Positions 55,080 through 64,000 of a stretch of 64,000 nucleotides of DNA are shown in pieces (position 1 is the first letter of the stretch; each line of letters begins with the position of its first letter). The stretch is taken from the NCBI GenBank assembly GCA_034430595.1, contig DAOUEL010000031.1:2596-66595 (forward strand). Direction: 5' to 3'. Under the pieces are notes generated by a model. That model saw only the letters and a program-made list of their open reading frames with translations. It did no database searches and was not told where the DNA came from. Made by a program: the position numbers and the translations under genes. This DNA is from Anaerolineales bacterium. GTDB taxonomy: Bacteria; Chloroflexota; Anaerolineae; Anaerolineales; E44-bin32.

Positions 55080-58000
55080 ATGACGTCATCGGATCAGAAC
55101 AAACCGAATCAAACGGGCGCCGAGTACCGTCTGGTGACGATTCTGTTCGCAGATGTCGTCGGTTCAACCGCTCTCACCGAGCAGATCGAGGCGGAAACCG
55201 CCCGTTTAATCTTCGACCGCTGCCTGCGGACCATGAGCCAGGTCATCGATGAGTTCGGCGGCACAGTCGCCAGGCTCATGGGTGATGGCTTGTTGGCCTT
55301 CTTTGGGGCGCCCACCGCTCACGAGGATGACCCTGAGCGGGCTGCCCTCGCTGCACTCCAGATCCACCGGTCCATCGAGCGTTATGGAGGGGAATTGGAC
55401 ATGCCGCTGCAGGTCAGGATCGGTGTCAACACCGGCCGGGTCGTGATGGGCGAGGTCGGAGGGAACGAGCTGTCGGAGTACACAGCCATGGGGCAGCCGA
55501 TCAACCTCGCAGCCCGGCTCCAGTCCAGCGCCGAACCAGGGTCCACGTTGGTTGGCGACACGACCTGCCGCCTGATCAATCACCTTTTCGAGACTGAAAC
55601 CGTAGGCCCACTGCAGCTTAAAGGGTTTGATGAGAAAGTGATTGCTCACCGCCTGATCAAGCTACGCGAGCGCACCGAGCCCGGGCGCGGCATTCCCGGC
55701 ATCAGCACACCCTTGATCGGCAGGGAAAAGGAACGCCAGCAGCTGGAAACTTTGCTGACCGAGCTGCAGGCTGGCAGAGGTGCGATTGCATCCTTGATCG
55801 GGGAGCCCGGCGTGGGCAAGAGCCGGCTGCTGCACGAGATCCGCAGCAGCGCCAGCGGCACTCCCTTAAAGTGGGCCGAAGGACGAGCCTCTTCCTATAC
55901 CTACGACCAACCCTTCAGCGTAATTCGCGATTTGCTCTCCGAGCTCCTTGAGCTCAACCCGCAGGACACGCCGGCGATCCTCGATCTCAAGCTTGAGCGC
56001 GAGCTGAGCCCGCTCTTCGGAGAACGTTTGGGAGAAATCTGGCCCATGCTGGCGACTCTGATTGGAGCGCCCATTCCCCCTGCCCACGCCGATCGCCTGG
56101 AAGGCCTCGAGCCAGACGCCTTGAAGCGCGGCATGATAAGTGCATTTTGCGACCTGGCCGAGGCACTGGCCAACCATCAACCGATGGTGATGGCCTTCGA
56201 CGACCTGCACTGGGCCGATCCAAGCTCGCTCGAGCTGCTCCGCTCGCTCTTCCTGGCCACGGAACGGTCTCCGCTCTTGATCATCCTGCTCTTCCGCCCT
56301 GATCGTGAGTCACACATTTGGGAGCTCAAAGCTCACGCGGAACGCGATTTCGGGCATCGCTATACAGAACTCTCGCTCGATCCGCTGACCGAGTCAGAAA
56401 CCAGGGAGCTCGTCACCCAGATCCTTGACAACCCTGATCTACCCCAGCCCCTGCTTCAATTCCTGCGTGAAAGATCGGAAGGAAATCCATTCTTCATCGA
56501 GGAACTGGTGCAGGACCTGATCGAATCGGGCGCTCTTGCCCGCCGCGATGGCACATGGCAGCTTGTGTACGACATTAAACAGGTGCAGGTCCCGGAGACG
56601 CTTCAGGAAGTCGTCCAGGCTCGCCTCGACCGCCTTCCGCAAGCCGATCGACAAATTCTGCAGGCTGCCTCCGTGATCGGCCGACGCTTTTCCTCCCGGT
56701 TGTTGGAGGCAATCAGCCCCCAAGATGGAAATCTATCCGCCCACTTGCTCACCCTGCAGCGTGCTGATTTGATACGCGAGCGTGCCCGGCTGCCAGAGCC
56801 AATCTATGCTTTCCGGCAATCGGTGGTACAGGAAGTGATCTATCATCAGCTCCTGGGAGATCAGCGATGCGAGCTCCATCTACGGGTTGCGCAGGCGCTT
56901 GAGCAGGACTTTGCCGATCGCCTGGAAGAGAATGCAGCCGTGATTGCCAGCCATTATGAGCTGGCCGACGAGAACAAAAAGGCGCTTCAATTCCACCGCC
57001 TGGCCGGTGACGAAGCTTTCCGGGTGAATGCCAATCGAGAAGCAATCGGCCACTACTCCCGTGCGGTCGAGCTTGCCAGCAGCGGCACGCAGGATTTGGA
57101 TGACATCAGCCATCTCTATTTCTCGCTCGGCCGGGCCTTCGAACTCACAGCGAACTACGATCAGGCGATACAAACCTACGCCGATCTCCGCTCGCTGGCC
57201 GAGTCCCGCAGCGATGAACATCTCGCGCTGCAGGCGCGCCTGGCGCAGACCACCCTGCGCGTGACACCCACACCGCTCTTCGATCCCGTCGGCGGCAAGT
57301 CGGAAGCCGAGCAGGCTCTGCAGCTGGCCCGTGAACTGAACGACCCCCAGGCTGAAGCGAAAATGCTCTGGAACTTATGCCTGCTTGGCCGGTTCACTGG
57401 CCAGGACGAGGAAGCGATTACGTATGGCGAAGAATCGCTGGCCATCGCCGAAGCCAACAATCTGGAGGAACAAATCGGGTTCACACTGACCGACCTGTTC
57501 TGGTCCTATCTGGCGAAAGAGAGTACTGACAAAGCTCGCCAGGCGATTTTACGAGCCTATGAGATCTGGCAGCACCGCGAAAATCTACCCATGATGACCG
57601 ACTGCCTCTCCGGCCGGGCTTTCCTGCACTTCCTGTGCTGCGAGTTCGATCAGGCGATCGGGGTCTCCGATCAAGCCTGGAGCTTGAGTGAGCGGATCGA
57701 CAACCTGTGGGGAAAATCCTACAGCCGATTGTACGTGGGGATGGTTCACCTCGAACGTGGTGATATCAAGCTTGCCCTGGAGACCATGCACACGTCACTC
57801 GAACTGAGCCGTCAGGCTGGATTTGTCGTCCCGGGCGTTGTCCTGCCAGCATTGGAAGCCCTGACTTATGCCAATCTGGGGCGGTATGAAAAAGCGCTCG
57901 AACTGGTGGGCGGCGCATTGACCGATCAATATCCAGGGCTAACCACACCCTTCGTGTATCAGACCAAGGCTCAGATCCTGGCCATGGCCGGCGAGCTTGA

Positions 58001-58493
58001 CCAGGCGCGAATCATGCTGGATGAGCAGGGCAGCAAGCGGCACGGCATCGGCACGCTCTATCTGATTCTACCCCTGGAGCTCACGCGCATCGTTCTGGCC
58101 GATGCAGGCGACGAGCCGGAACATGTCCTGGAGTTAGCGGAGGTGCTCACCCGCGATTTGGACACGCATCACCTTCAAGTGCTAAGACCACAGCTCGAAT
58201 ACTACCGCGCCAGAGCACTTTTACTTCTCGATCGACCAGATGAAGCCCTCGACAGCATCTCCCACGGTATTGACCTGGCAACTACCTGCGGTGCACGCTG
58301 GAGCGCCTGGCAGCTGCATGGACTTCGGTCAAGCCTGCTCAACAAAATGGGCAAGGACCAGCTCGCCGCGCAGGACCTGCACTCGGCCCTGGACTTCTGC
58401 CGCTATATCGCGAATCACACCGGTGATGAGGAACTAGGGACATCCTTCCTCGCTCGCCCGGATGTCAGCGCACTGCTTCAGCGAGTTGGCTAG
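55080..58493 (+). CDS. class III adenylate/guanylate cyclase - STAND (AAA_16) NTPase - TPR repeat protein
   Basis: VTILFADVVGSTAL...RLMGDGLLAFFG...RIGVNTGRVVMGEVGG...YTAMGQPINLAARL (cyclase domain), GEPGVGKSRLL (P-loop), VMAFDDLHWAD (Walker B), and a long helical TPR-like C-terminus. Confidence 0.9.
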   Translation: MTSSDQNKPNQTGAEYRLVTILFADVVGSTALTEQIEAETARLIFDRCLRTMSQVIDEFGGTVARLMGDGLLAFFGAPTAHEDDPERAALAALQIHRSIERYGGELDMPLQVRIGVNTGRVVMGEVGGNELSEYTAMGQPINLAARLQSSAEPGSTLVGDTTCRLINHLFETETVGPLQLKGFDEKVIAHRLIKLRERTEPGRGIPGISTPLIGREKERQQLETLLTELQAGRGAIASLIGEPGVGKSRLLHEIRSSASGTPLKWAEGRASSYTYDQPFSVIRDLLSELLELNPQDTPAILDLKLERELSPLFGERLGEIWPMLATLIGAPIPPAHADRLEGLEPDALKRGMISAFCDLAEALANHQPMVMAFDDLHWADPSSLELLRSLFLATERSPLLIILLFRPDRESHIWELKAHAERDFGHRYTELSLDPLTESETRELVTQILDNPDLPQPLLQFLRERSEGNPFFIEELVQDLIESGALARRDGTWQLVYDIKQVQVPETLQEVVQARLDRLPQADRQILQAASVIGRRFSSRLLEAISPQDGNLSAHLLTLQRADLIRERARLPEPIYAFRQSVVQEVIYHQLLGDQRCELHLRVAQALEQDFADRLEENAAVIASHYELADENKKALQFHRLAGDEAFRVNANREAIGHYSRAVELASSGTQDLDDISHLYFSLGRAFELTANYDQAIQTYADLRSLAESRSDEHLALQARLAQTTLRVTPTPLFDPVGGKSEAEQALQLARELNDPQAEAKMLWNLCLLGRFTGQDEEAITYGEESLAIAEANNLEEQIGFTLTDLFWSYLAKESTDKARQAILRAYEIWQHRENLPMMTDCLSGRAFLHFLCCEFDQAIGVSDQAWSLSERIDNLWGKSYSRLYVGMVHLERGDIKLALETMHTSLELSRQAGFVVPGVVLPALEALTYANLGRYEKALELVGGALTDQYPGLTTPFVYQTKAQILAMAGELDQARIMLDEQGSKRHGIGTLYLILPLELTRIVLADAGDEPEHVLELAEVLTRDLDTHHLQVLRPQLEYYRARALLLLDRPDEALDSISHGIDLATTCGARWSAWQLHGLRSSLLNKMGKDQLAAQDLHSALDFCRYIANHTGDEELGTSFLARPDVSALLQRVG

Positions 58494-58704
58494 CCTGCGC
58501 AAGTTGCATGCAAAGCGGCCTACCGTGTTTTCGTACACCCATGCGCACTGCTTTTAACATGCAGGTTTAGGGTTTTCAGCTGTTCCGGATCCTTACCCCT
58601 TTGTAGACCTCCCGTTGAGCCGCGCCTTCCATCGGAATCGTCAGCTTGCAAAGTCCCTCACTCCTCGCTAGATTTAATCCAGGGACGAAGATGGTCCGAT
58701 AAAA

Positions 58705-59264
58705 ATGACAAAAGCCGACTGCCTGCTCGAATTAATCGAGGACGATACTCGCCGCCTCCACCAGCTTCTGGATGACTGTCCTGCAGCCTGCCTGCGTTGG
58801 TCTCCCGACGGTCAGGCAAACAGCATCGCGGTCACGCTCTGGCATGCGGTTCGCATCTTCGATGTTTTCCTGACGCAGCATATTCGAGCCAATCCATGGA
58901 AGACGAGATCTGGTATACAGCTGGTTGGAGCGCTCGTTCCAGCTACGATCCGCGCGGACTGGGTACGCTTGGTTGGGGCGCCGTGACGGGCTACAGCCTG
59001 GAAGAAGTCAAGGCAATCCCGGAGATGAATGCTGAGCTGCTTCGTTCATATTTCAATCAGGTAATGACAGCCATCCAGGATTACCTCGAAGTCACGCCCT
59101 CCGTGGAATTATCCCAGCCATCGGCCGGATTCGAGGGAAAGCAAACCAACTACTACTGGATCAGGCATGCCCTCTGGGATCTCACACGGCACCTGGGGGA
59201 GATGATGGCACTGCACTCGATGTGGAAACGGGCAAATCCTCAAGGGAGTGCAGACCTTGAATGA
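58705..59264 (+). pseudogene. DinB-family protein split by a frameshift
   Basis: The two overlapping track ORFs (58705..58986 and 58797..59264) are the N- and C-halves of one DinB_2-like protein: ...NSIAVTLWHAVRIFDVFLTQHI then SMEDEIWYTAGW...YYWIRHALWDLTRHLGEMMAL. The frame changes between 58885 and 58892. Confidence 0.7.
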
Positions 59265-59280
59265 TGCCGGAACCTATCCC

Positions 59281-59670
59281 ATGCCGGGCGAACGTCTCTC
59301 GACTCATGAAATAGAACGCTTCCTGCAGTTCCAGCCCCGGTACCTGCAGGACCTGCTGTTCGAACTGCGCGGGCTGGTTTTCAAGGCAGCTCCCCATGCC
59401 AGCGAACGCATCCTGTGGAACGGCCTCTCCTACCACGACGCACAAATTGGTGGTCCGGTGAAAGGCGCCATCTGCCAGCTCTCGATCGAAGGTGATCACG
59501 TGATTATCGGCTTTATTCACGGTGCGTTCCTGCCCGACCCATCCGGCCTGCTTCAAGGCGACCGTAAGTCCAAGCGCTGCCTGCAGGTCGACTCGCTTGA
59601 AGCAACTCCCTGGGGGGAACTTGAAGCGCTGCTACGGGCTGCTGCTGCGTACGTGGAGCGCTGGCGGTGA
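59281..59670 (+). CDS. hypothetical protein, DUF1801-like
   Basis: LRGLVFKAAPHASERILWNGLSYH...HVIIGFIHGAFLPDP resembles the YdhG/DUF1801 pattern. This is a weak call, and the start (ATG 59281 or GTG 59248) is uncertain. Confidence 0.45.
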   Translation: MPGERLSTHEIERFLQFQPRYLQDLLFELRGLVFKAAPHASERILWNGLSYHDAQIGGPVKGAICQLSIEGDHVIIGFIHGAFLPDPSGLLQGDRKSKRCLQVDSLEATPWGELEALLRAAAAYVERWR

Positions 59671-59719
59671 ACGGCTGCATTTTCCTTGAATATTTGAGAC
59701 AGCAGACTCAGGAGTAGCC

Positions 59720-60301
59720 TTGGATCCCACGCCTGCAGTTGAAGCCCGCCTACGGAATTTCTTCAAGATTTTTAACCGTTTTATGGTTCTGCTCTGGCGT
59801 CTCGGCCTCGCCCGGTACGGCAACGGCAACAAATACGCCGGTTGGATCATGATCATCAAGCACCGCGGTCATCGAACAGGGCTGACCCGCTATACGCCGG
59901 TGAACTACGCCGAAGTGGGGGATGATATTTACTGCACGGCTGGTTTTGGACCCGGCACGCACTGGTACCGCAACCTGCTGGCAGACCCCAGAGTCGAACT
60001 CTGGCTGCCGGATGGTCGTTGGAGCGGCCTGGCCGAAGACGCCAGCCATGATCCCCAGCGAATCATATACTTCCGCAAGGTTCTGGTTGCCTCCGGTTTC
60101 GCCGGACCGCTCTTCGGTGTCAACCCGCGCCGAATGAGCGATAATGAGCTCGAATCCGTGCTCGAAGGCTATCGTCTCGTGCGCATTCGCAAAACCGGTC
60201 CGCTGACAGGTCCGGGAGGACCTGGCGAACTGGCCTGGATATGGCCGCTTGCCACCTTCCTGCTGCTTGCAATCCTGCTGCGTCGAAGGAAACGGGTGTG
60301 A
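59720..60301 (+). CDS. DUF385 / deazaflavin (F420H2)-dependent nitroreductase-like protein
   Basis: FNRFMVLLWRLG..., IMIIKHRGHRTGLTRYTPVNY, YCTAGFGPGTHWYRNLLADPRVELWL, plus a C-terminal TM. Confidence 0.7.
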   Translation: MDPTPAVEARLRNFFKIFNRFMVLLWRLGLARYGNGNKYAGWIMIIKHRGHRTGLTRYTPVNYAEVGDDIYCTAGFGPGTHWYRNLLADPRVELWLPDGRWSGLAEDASHDPQRIIYFRKVLVASGFAGPLFGVNPRRMSDNELESVLEGYRLVRIRKTGPLTGPGGPGELAWIWPLATFLLLAILLRRRKRV

Positions 60302-60894
60302 TGAGCCTGGTTGACTGGCTTGCCGACGGCGACCTGCGCTCGGACGGTTTTGCAGACGAAGCCGCTGAATTTATCCTGCAGAACCCGGAGCTGATCGATG
60401 AACTGCTTTATGCGCTGGATCATCGCGATCCGGTCGTGCGCGGTCATGCCGCCGACGCACTCGAGAAGGTTGGGCGGACACGGCCTGATCTGATCAAGCC
60501 AGCATGCGACTCATTAATCGCCAGAACGGAGCAGCCTGTACCAGCTGCGGTCAGGATGCACCTGAGCATGATCTTCGGGCACCTGGCCGTTTACCCCGAA
60601 CTGCACCAGAAGCTGCTGGACGTCCTCCTGGAACTGCTTGAGGGTCCGGGCGTTTTCTCCCGCAGCTGGGCGATCTCATCGCTTTGCATTATCGGGCGGC
60701 TTGAACCCGACGCAAGGGGCTTGATCCTCGACCGCTTGTCCAGGACAGCAAACGACTCAAGCATCGCGATTCGCACTCGCACCCGGAAGGCAATCGCTCT
60801 CCTGACCGACGATTCACGGGATTTTCCACCCGGCTGGGTGAAAAGCGAACAACTTTCCTGGCTTGAAACCGGTGGAGCGGATGCCGGGGCTTGA
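60301..60894 (+). CDS. HEAT-repeat protein
   Basis: LDHRDPVVRGHAADALEKVG and further helical repeats. The ATG overlaps the upstream stop (TGATG). Confidence 0.6.
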   Translation: MSLVDWLADGDLRSDGFADEAAEFILQNPELIDELLYALDHRDPVVRGHAADALEKVGRTRPDLIKPACDSLIARTEQPVPAAVRMHLSMIFGHLAVYPELHQKLLDVLLELLEGPGVFSRSWAISSLCIIGRLEPDARGLILDRLSRTANDSSIAIRTRTRKAIALLTDDSRDFPPGWVKSEQLSWLETGGADAGA

Positions 60895-60913
60895 CGGAGA
60901 ACTTGAAGAAGAG

Positions 60914-61603
60914 ATGCAGCCACAACTGCTGAACCTGCTCGCCCTTCTGACGATTATCCTCCTGCTGGTCTACAGCGGGCTCAAGCGCGCGCCGGGAATC
61001 GGGATCTTTCTCAGCCTGGCCATCATCGCCTACGTAGTATGGTCACACCCGGATGGATTGGCATGGCTGGGCTTCCAGCCACAGGGAAGCTGGCCCGGGA
61101 CGGTAGGTTTGGCGCTTCTCTGCGGTGCGGCGATCGCTGCCTTTTCGACGATCATCCTCGAGCCCGGGATCGAACGCCTGACCGGCCGCGTCCATGAAGT
61201 CAGCATCGTCGAGGGCGTACGGGGCAGCTGGCTGGCGCTTATCCGATGGCTGCTGGTAGTCTGGATTCTCGTGGCAATGCTGGAAGAACTCATCTTTCGA
61301 GGTTACTTGATAAGCGCACTCTCGGACTTGTTCGGCACATCCCTGGCAGCTTTGATCCTTAATCTACTGCTCAGCTCGGCCATCTTCGGCCTGGCGCACG
61401 CCTACCAGGGGCCGAGCGGGATCATAAGCACCGGCACGATCGGGTTGCTGATCGGTCTCCTCTACCTGCTCTCTGGATCGAACCTTTGGCTCGTGGTTCT
61501 GGTGCATGGTTTCATCGATACGATTCAGCTGACGCTCATGTCCGCCAACCTCGACCAACGCCTGCACAGACTGATCATCAAGCCCGGTCGAGACGAAAAA
61601 TAA
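60914..61603 (+). CDS. CPBP (CAAX) family intramembrane glutamic endopeptidase
   Basis: EELIFRGYL, FGLAHAYQG and HGFIDT motifs on a multi-TM body. Confidence 0.85.
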   Translation: MQPQLLNLLALLTIILLLVYSGLKRAPGIGIFLSLAIIAYVVWSHPDGLAWLGFQPQGSWPGTVGLALLCGAAIAAFSTIILEPGIERLTGRVHEVSIVEGVRGSWLALIRWLLVVWILVAMLEELIFRGYLISALSDLFGTSLAALILNLLLSSAIFGLAHAYQGPSGIISTGTIGLLIGLLYLLSGSNLWLVVLVHGFIDTIQLTLMSANLDQRLHRLIIKPGRDEK

Positions 61604-61753
61604 TGCGATTGCGGCTGCGGATTCCCTCATCCAAAGTCAGCATCTGCCCGCTGAATGTCAACAGATTGTCATCCTATCTACTGCGGTCTATGCGATGCTT
61701 GGAACATGAACTGCCCACGCCTCGCCCGGGTAGTATGGATAAAGGGGTATTGG

Positions 61754-62368
61754 ATGTACTGCAGTAACTGCGATTGCACGTTCGACGGCTGGTCTTACAC
61801 ATGTCCGGTTTGTCACGCACAACTGCTTCCAGCAAGCTCACATGACACAGCGCTGGAGCGAGTAGCTCTCGAGTATGAGGAGCTTGTCCAGCGGGTGCGT
61901 CAGGCGGGTGGTGAAATCCGCTTCGATGTCCACACGCATGCTGTCAAGCGGAGATCAACGATACGTTTCCCATACTTCGGTTTCGGCGAAGCGTTCGAGG
62001 CAGAGCTTCATGGAGAGGAAGGTGACGTCTGGGCAAATTTTCGCTGCATCGAAGTTGGTCGGAGTCGGGCGCTGGGTTTTGCATGGCGAGGCTTTGGTTT
62101 CGCCTGGGCTTCAACGCTGGAGGGCTTGGTTTGCGGCAATCCGGCCTTGCTCCAAGTGGAACGCGTCGGTCGAGTTCGCGGCTGGAGTTTCCCATTTTTC
62201 GGTTACGGCTACGCCTGGGGGGAAGGATTCAGCGGCGGCTGTGGAGAGTTGATCACCCTAAATTTGCAGCTGTTGGAAAAGCACCATCTCTCCCGGCGCA
62301 AGTTCCTATATCGTGGATTCGGCTATGCTTGGGGTAAAAGCTATATGGCGACGCTTTCCCTGAGATGA
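61754..62368 (+). CDS. zinc-ribbon protein with four aromatic-glycine (G-F/Y-G-x-A-W/F) repeats, unknown family
   Basis: MYCSNCDCTFDGWSYTCPVCHAQL (CxxC...CxxC). The four repeats are RFPYFGFGEAFE, LGFAWRGFGFAWAS, SFPFFGYGYAWGEGF and FLYRGFGYAWGKSY. AAAGGGG lies upstream of ATG 61754. Confidence 0.65.
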   Translation: MYCSNCDCTFDGWSYTCPVCHAQLLPASSHDTALERVALEYEELVQRVRQAGGEIRFDVHTHAVKRRSTIRFPYFGFGEAFEAELHGEEGDVWANFRCIEVGRSRALGFAWRGFGFAWASTLEGLVCGNPALLQVERVGRVRGWSFPFFGYGYAWGEGFSGGCGELITLNLQLLEKHHLSRRKFLYRGFGYAWGKSYMATLSLR

Positions 62369-62508
62369 ACTTGCAGTTACGATCTTTAGGATATCGAACC
62401 ATACGTACTTTACACTTCTCCAAGTAAATGATAGATTGGCCTTCATAAGGTCCCTTAAGTTTAAAATCTGGCAACCAAATCTTCGTTGCACACGTCCTAT
62501 GGAGATAC

Positions 62509-63627
62509 ATGATGCCCCGCCGATACCATCCCATGCTATCTCTCTTGTGCGGCTTGCTTATGCTATACGGTTGCTCACCAGGAGCCAGCGCTCCTAAGGG
62601 GGACCAGCTGGAGACTGCCGGGGCTGCAACGCTTGAATCTATCGCCTCTCCCACGCTGTTCCCGCCGACGATGACTCCAACCCTCCCGGCCCCCGAAACC
62701 ACCTTGTGGATGACCTATGACGAAGGCGGTGATCAGATCTGGGTCCTGGGCGATGGATTGCCCTATCAGCGCACCCTTCCGGTCAGCATCGGTGGGTTTT
62801 ACGGGTATACAGCGACGACAAACCGCATCTTGATGGCCGCCCAATGGGGAGATCATGGAGCCGGACCGGGGAACGTATCGGTCAGCGATCTTTCAATTCT
62901 CGATCTGAACACCGGCCAGGTGTCCACACTCATCAGCGATAACGTCGTCGAGGCGCAGTGGGCACCAGGTGGCGACGCAATCGCCTACATCCTCGCTACC
63001 TCCGAGACGTACGAACTCCATTGGCGCACATCTGATGGCGCCGACCGGGTGCTTGCGCACGATGTCACGTTCACCTGGAGCATATCGCCGACCGGCGGGG
63101 CTGTCGCCTTCACGCGCGAAACCGGCTATGAACTCGACATGGCCCCCGGCTTCTACATTGTGCAGGTCGCTACGGGTGAGGAAATGAAACTCTCCGATGT
63201 CGATAAATCCGGCACCGGCAGCACCGCAGACTTCCCCTACTGGTCGTTTGACGGAAACCAGGTGATCCTTTCACATTACGGTGGGCCACCTCCCGCCCGG
63301 GTGGTATGGGCCCGGGTTGACGGGAGTGAGGTTCACGACCTGGGCCTGCTGACCGAAACCGGCGAAATACAGTGGGACCTGACCTTACCATTCCTGCTCT
63401 GGGATCCGGATGGCGAGCACCTTTACACGAATCCAGACGCCTTCTACGGTGAAGGTGAGATGGGCGGAGCTTCTCCGCTGATTCGCTACCGGCTCGAGCG
63501 CACGAACTACACTCTCGTGGAGCCGGAAACCATGGGTACATTCTGGCAGATCATCGATTGGGCAGTTCCGGGCTACTCGTTATGGGTCCAGGATGAAAGT
63601 GGAGTTCATGAATACATCCTCCCCTGA
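62509..63627 (+). CDS. lipoprotein with a Thr/Pro-rich linker and a beta-propeller-like body
   Basis: SLLCGLLMLYGC lipobox and SPTLFPPTMTPTLPAPETT linker. The repeated ...WAPGGDAIAY / ...WSISPTGGAVAF / ...WSFDGNQVIL pattern is reminiscent of PD40/TolB-type blades. Confidence 0.65.
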   Translation: MMPRRYHPMLSLLCGLLMLYGCSPGASAPKGDQLETAGAATLESIASPTLFPPTMTPTLPAPETTLWMTYDEGGDQIWVLGDGLPYQRTLPVSIGGFYGYTATTNRILMAAQWGDHGAGPGNVSVSDLSILDLNTGQVSTLISDNVVEAQWAPGGDAIAYILATSETYELHWRTSDGADRVLAHDVTFTWSISPTGGAVAFTRETGYELDMAPGFYIVQVATGEEMKLSDVDKSGTGSTADFPYWSFDGNQVILSHYGGPPPARVVWARVDGSEVHDLGLLTETGEIQWDLTLPFLLWDPDGEHLYTNPDAFYGEGEMGGASPLIRYRLERTNYTLVEPETMGTFWQIIDWAVPGYSLWVQDESGVHEYILP

Positions 63628-63735
63628 ACGGGCATCATCCAGATACCATTGCCTGGGGCAACCGGAACGTAGATGGGATTTGGCTGGCACCTGGGCAGCA
63701 GCTTCAGATGTATGTAACATGGGAAGGCCAGCCGA

Positions 63736-64000
63736 ATGCAGCGTCTTGGATTTGTAACACTGATCGGCTCTGAGCACGTGGCCGCGGATGGTGCGCTGCT
63801 GCTCTCAAGCCTGCGCCAGTTCGGGGGTGATATCAGCAGCGCACCGCTCTGGGTCTTTCATGCTGAATCAACCCTGCCCGGAGCTTTCGATTTCGATGCG
63901 AAAGATGTGCATCCGGTAAGCCTGGAGCTGGAACCCACCCCCCATGGCATCCCCTTCGGAGCCAAGGTAAGCGCCTGTGCCCACGCGGAGAGGTATCTTG
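63736..64000 (+). CDS. hypothetical protein, 5' partial view (runs off the right edge)
   Basis: Absent from the track because it has no stop inside the window. ATG 63736 opens MQRLGFVTLIGSEHVAADGALLLSSLRQFGGDISSAPLWVFHAE..., which stays open to the end of the window. Confidence 0.45.
   Translation, partial: MQRLGFVTLIGSEHVAADGALLLSSLRQFGGDISSAPLWVFHAESTLPGAFDFDAKDVHPVSLELEPTPHGIPFGAKVSACAHAERYL

Noticed and set aside
58505-58514. TTGCATGCAA palindrome resembling the TTGCA/TGCAA dyad at the Fur-family gene
   Set aside because: It is a single 10-nt palindrome with different spacing, next to unrelated genes, so a chance occurrence is likely. It is only worth revisiting if a genome-wide motif scan supports a regulon.
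1-64000. Search for mobile elements, prophage genes, integrases, toxin-antitoxin pairs, and rRNA/tRNA genes
   Set aside because: None were recognisable in any frame. The only signs of genome flux are the two interrupted genes, the ABC-2 remnant and the REP-like repeats.

Overview
GC-rich bacterial chromosomal window with about 60 protein-coding genes. I saw no rRNA, tRNA, CRISPR array, transposase or integrase. All family assignments come from reading motifs in the translations from memory; no search was run.

Layout:
- 1-12.5 kb, housekeeping: a partial OtsA-OtsB fusion (missing from the ORF track), pncB, transaldolase, a cytoplasmic PAS histidine kinase fused to a complete OmpR-type response regulator, rpoD, YtxH, a stand-alone receiver, CarD and ribosomal protein S1.
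- 12.5-24.5 kb, one long minus-strand run: two tandem DUF4129 membrane proteins, DUF58, MoxR, a GAF histidine kinase, Lgt, TlpA, CbiO/CbiQ/CbiM-PDGLE, a Fur-family regulator and a decayed ABC-2 permease remnant.
- 24.7-40.6 kb, carbon metabolism: citrate synthase, then a ten-gene bacterial-type CODH/ACS (Wood-Ljungdahl carbonyl branch) operon at 26264-38196 closed by a canonical terminator, then a malic enzyme and a TrxR-like flavoprotein.
- 40.6-64 kb, accessory: a cluster of GC-rich palindromic REP-like elements, a patatin/ABC-2 operon, a GT-C glycosyltransferase fused to a six-blade NHL propeller followed by Thr/Pro-rich lipoproteins, an XRE regulator with an in-frame stop, CAT and GNAT acetyltransferases, an adenylate cyclase-STAND-TPR protein, a frameshifted DinB gene, a small detox-like operon and a zinc-ribbon protein with a novel aromatic-glycine repeat.

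Most interesting leads:
- Three uncharacterised small genes inside the CODH/ACS operon: a DUF166-like protein, an HMA-fold protein whose CxxC site is replaced by His-His, and a stand-alone helical-ferredoxin mini-protein.
- A TrxR paralog with SxxS in place of CxxC and a degenerate NADPH site.
- A MoxR/DUF58 operon whose TgpA-like partners lack the transglutaminase core and are duplicated.
- The fused single-polypeptide two-component system.
- The GFGYAW-repeat protein.

The gene content is compatible with an anaerobic Chloroflexota-like organism, but that is inference only.
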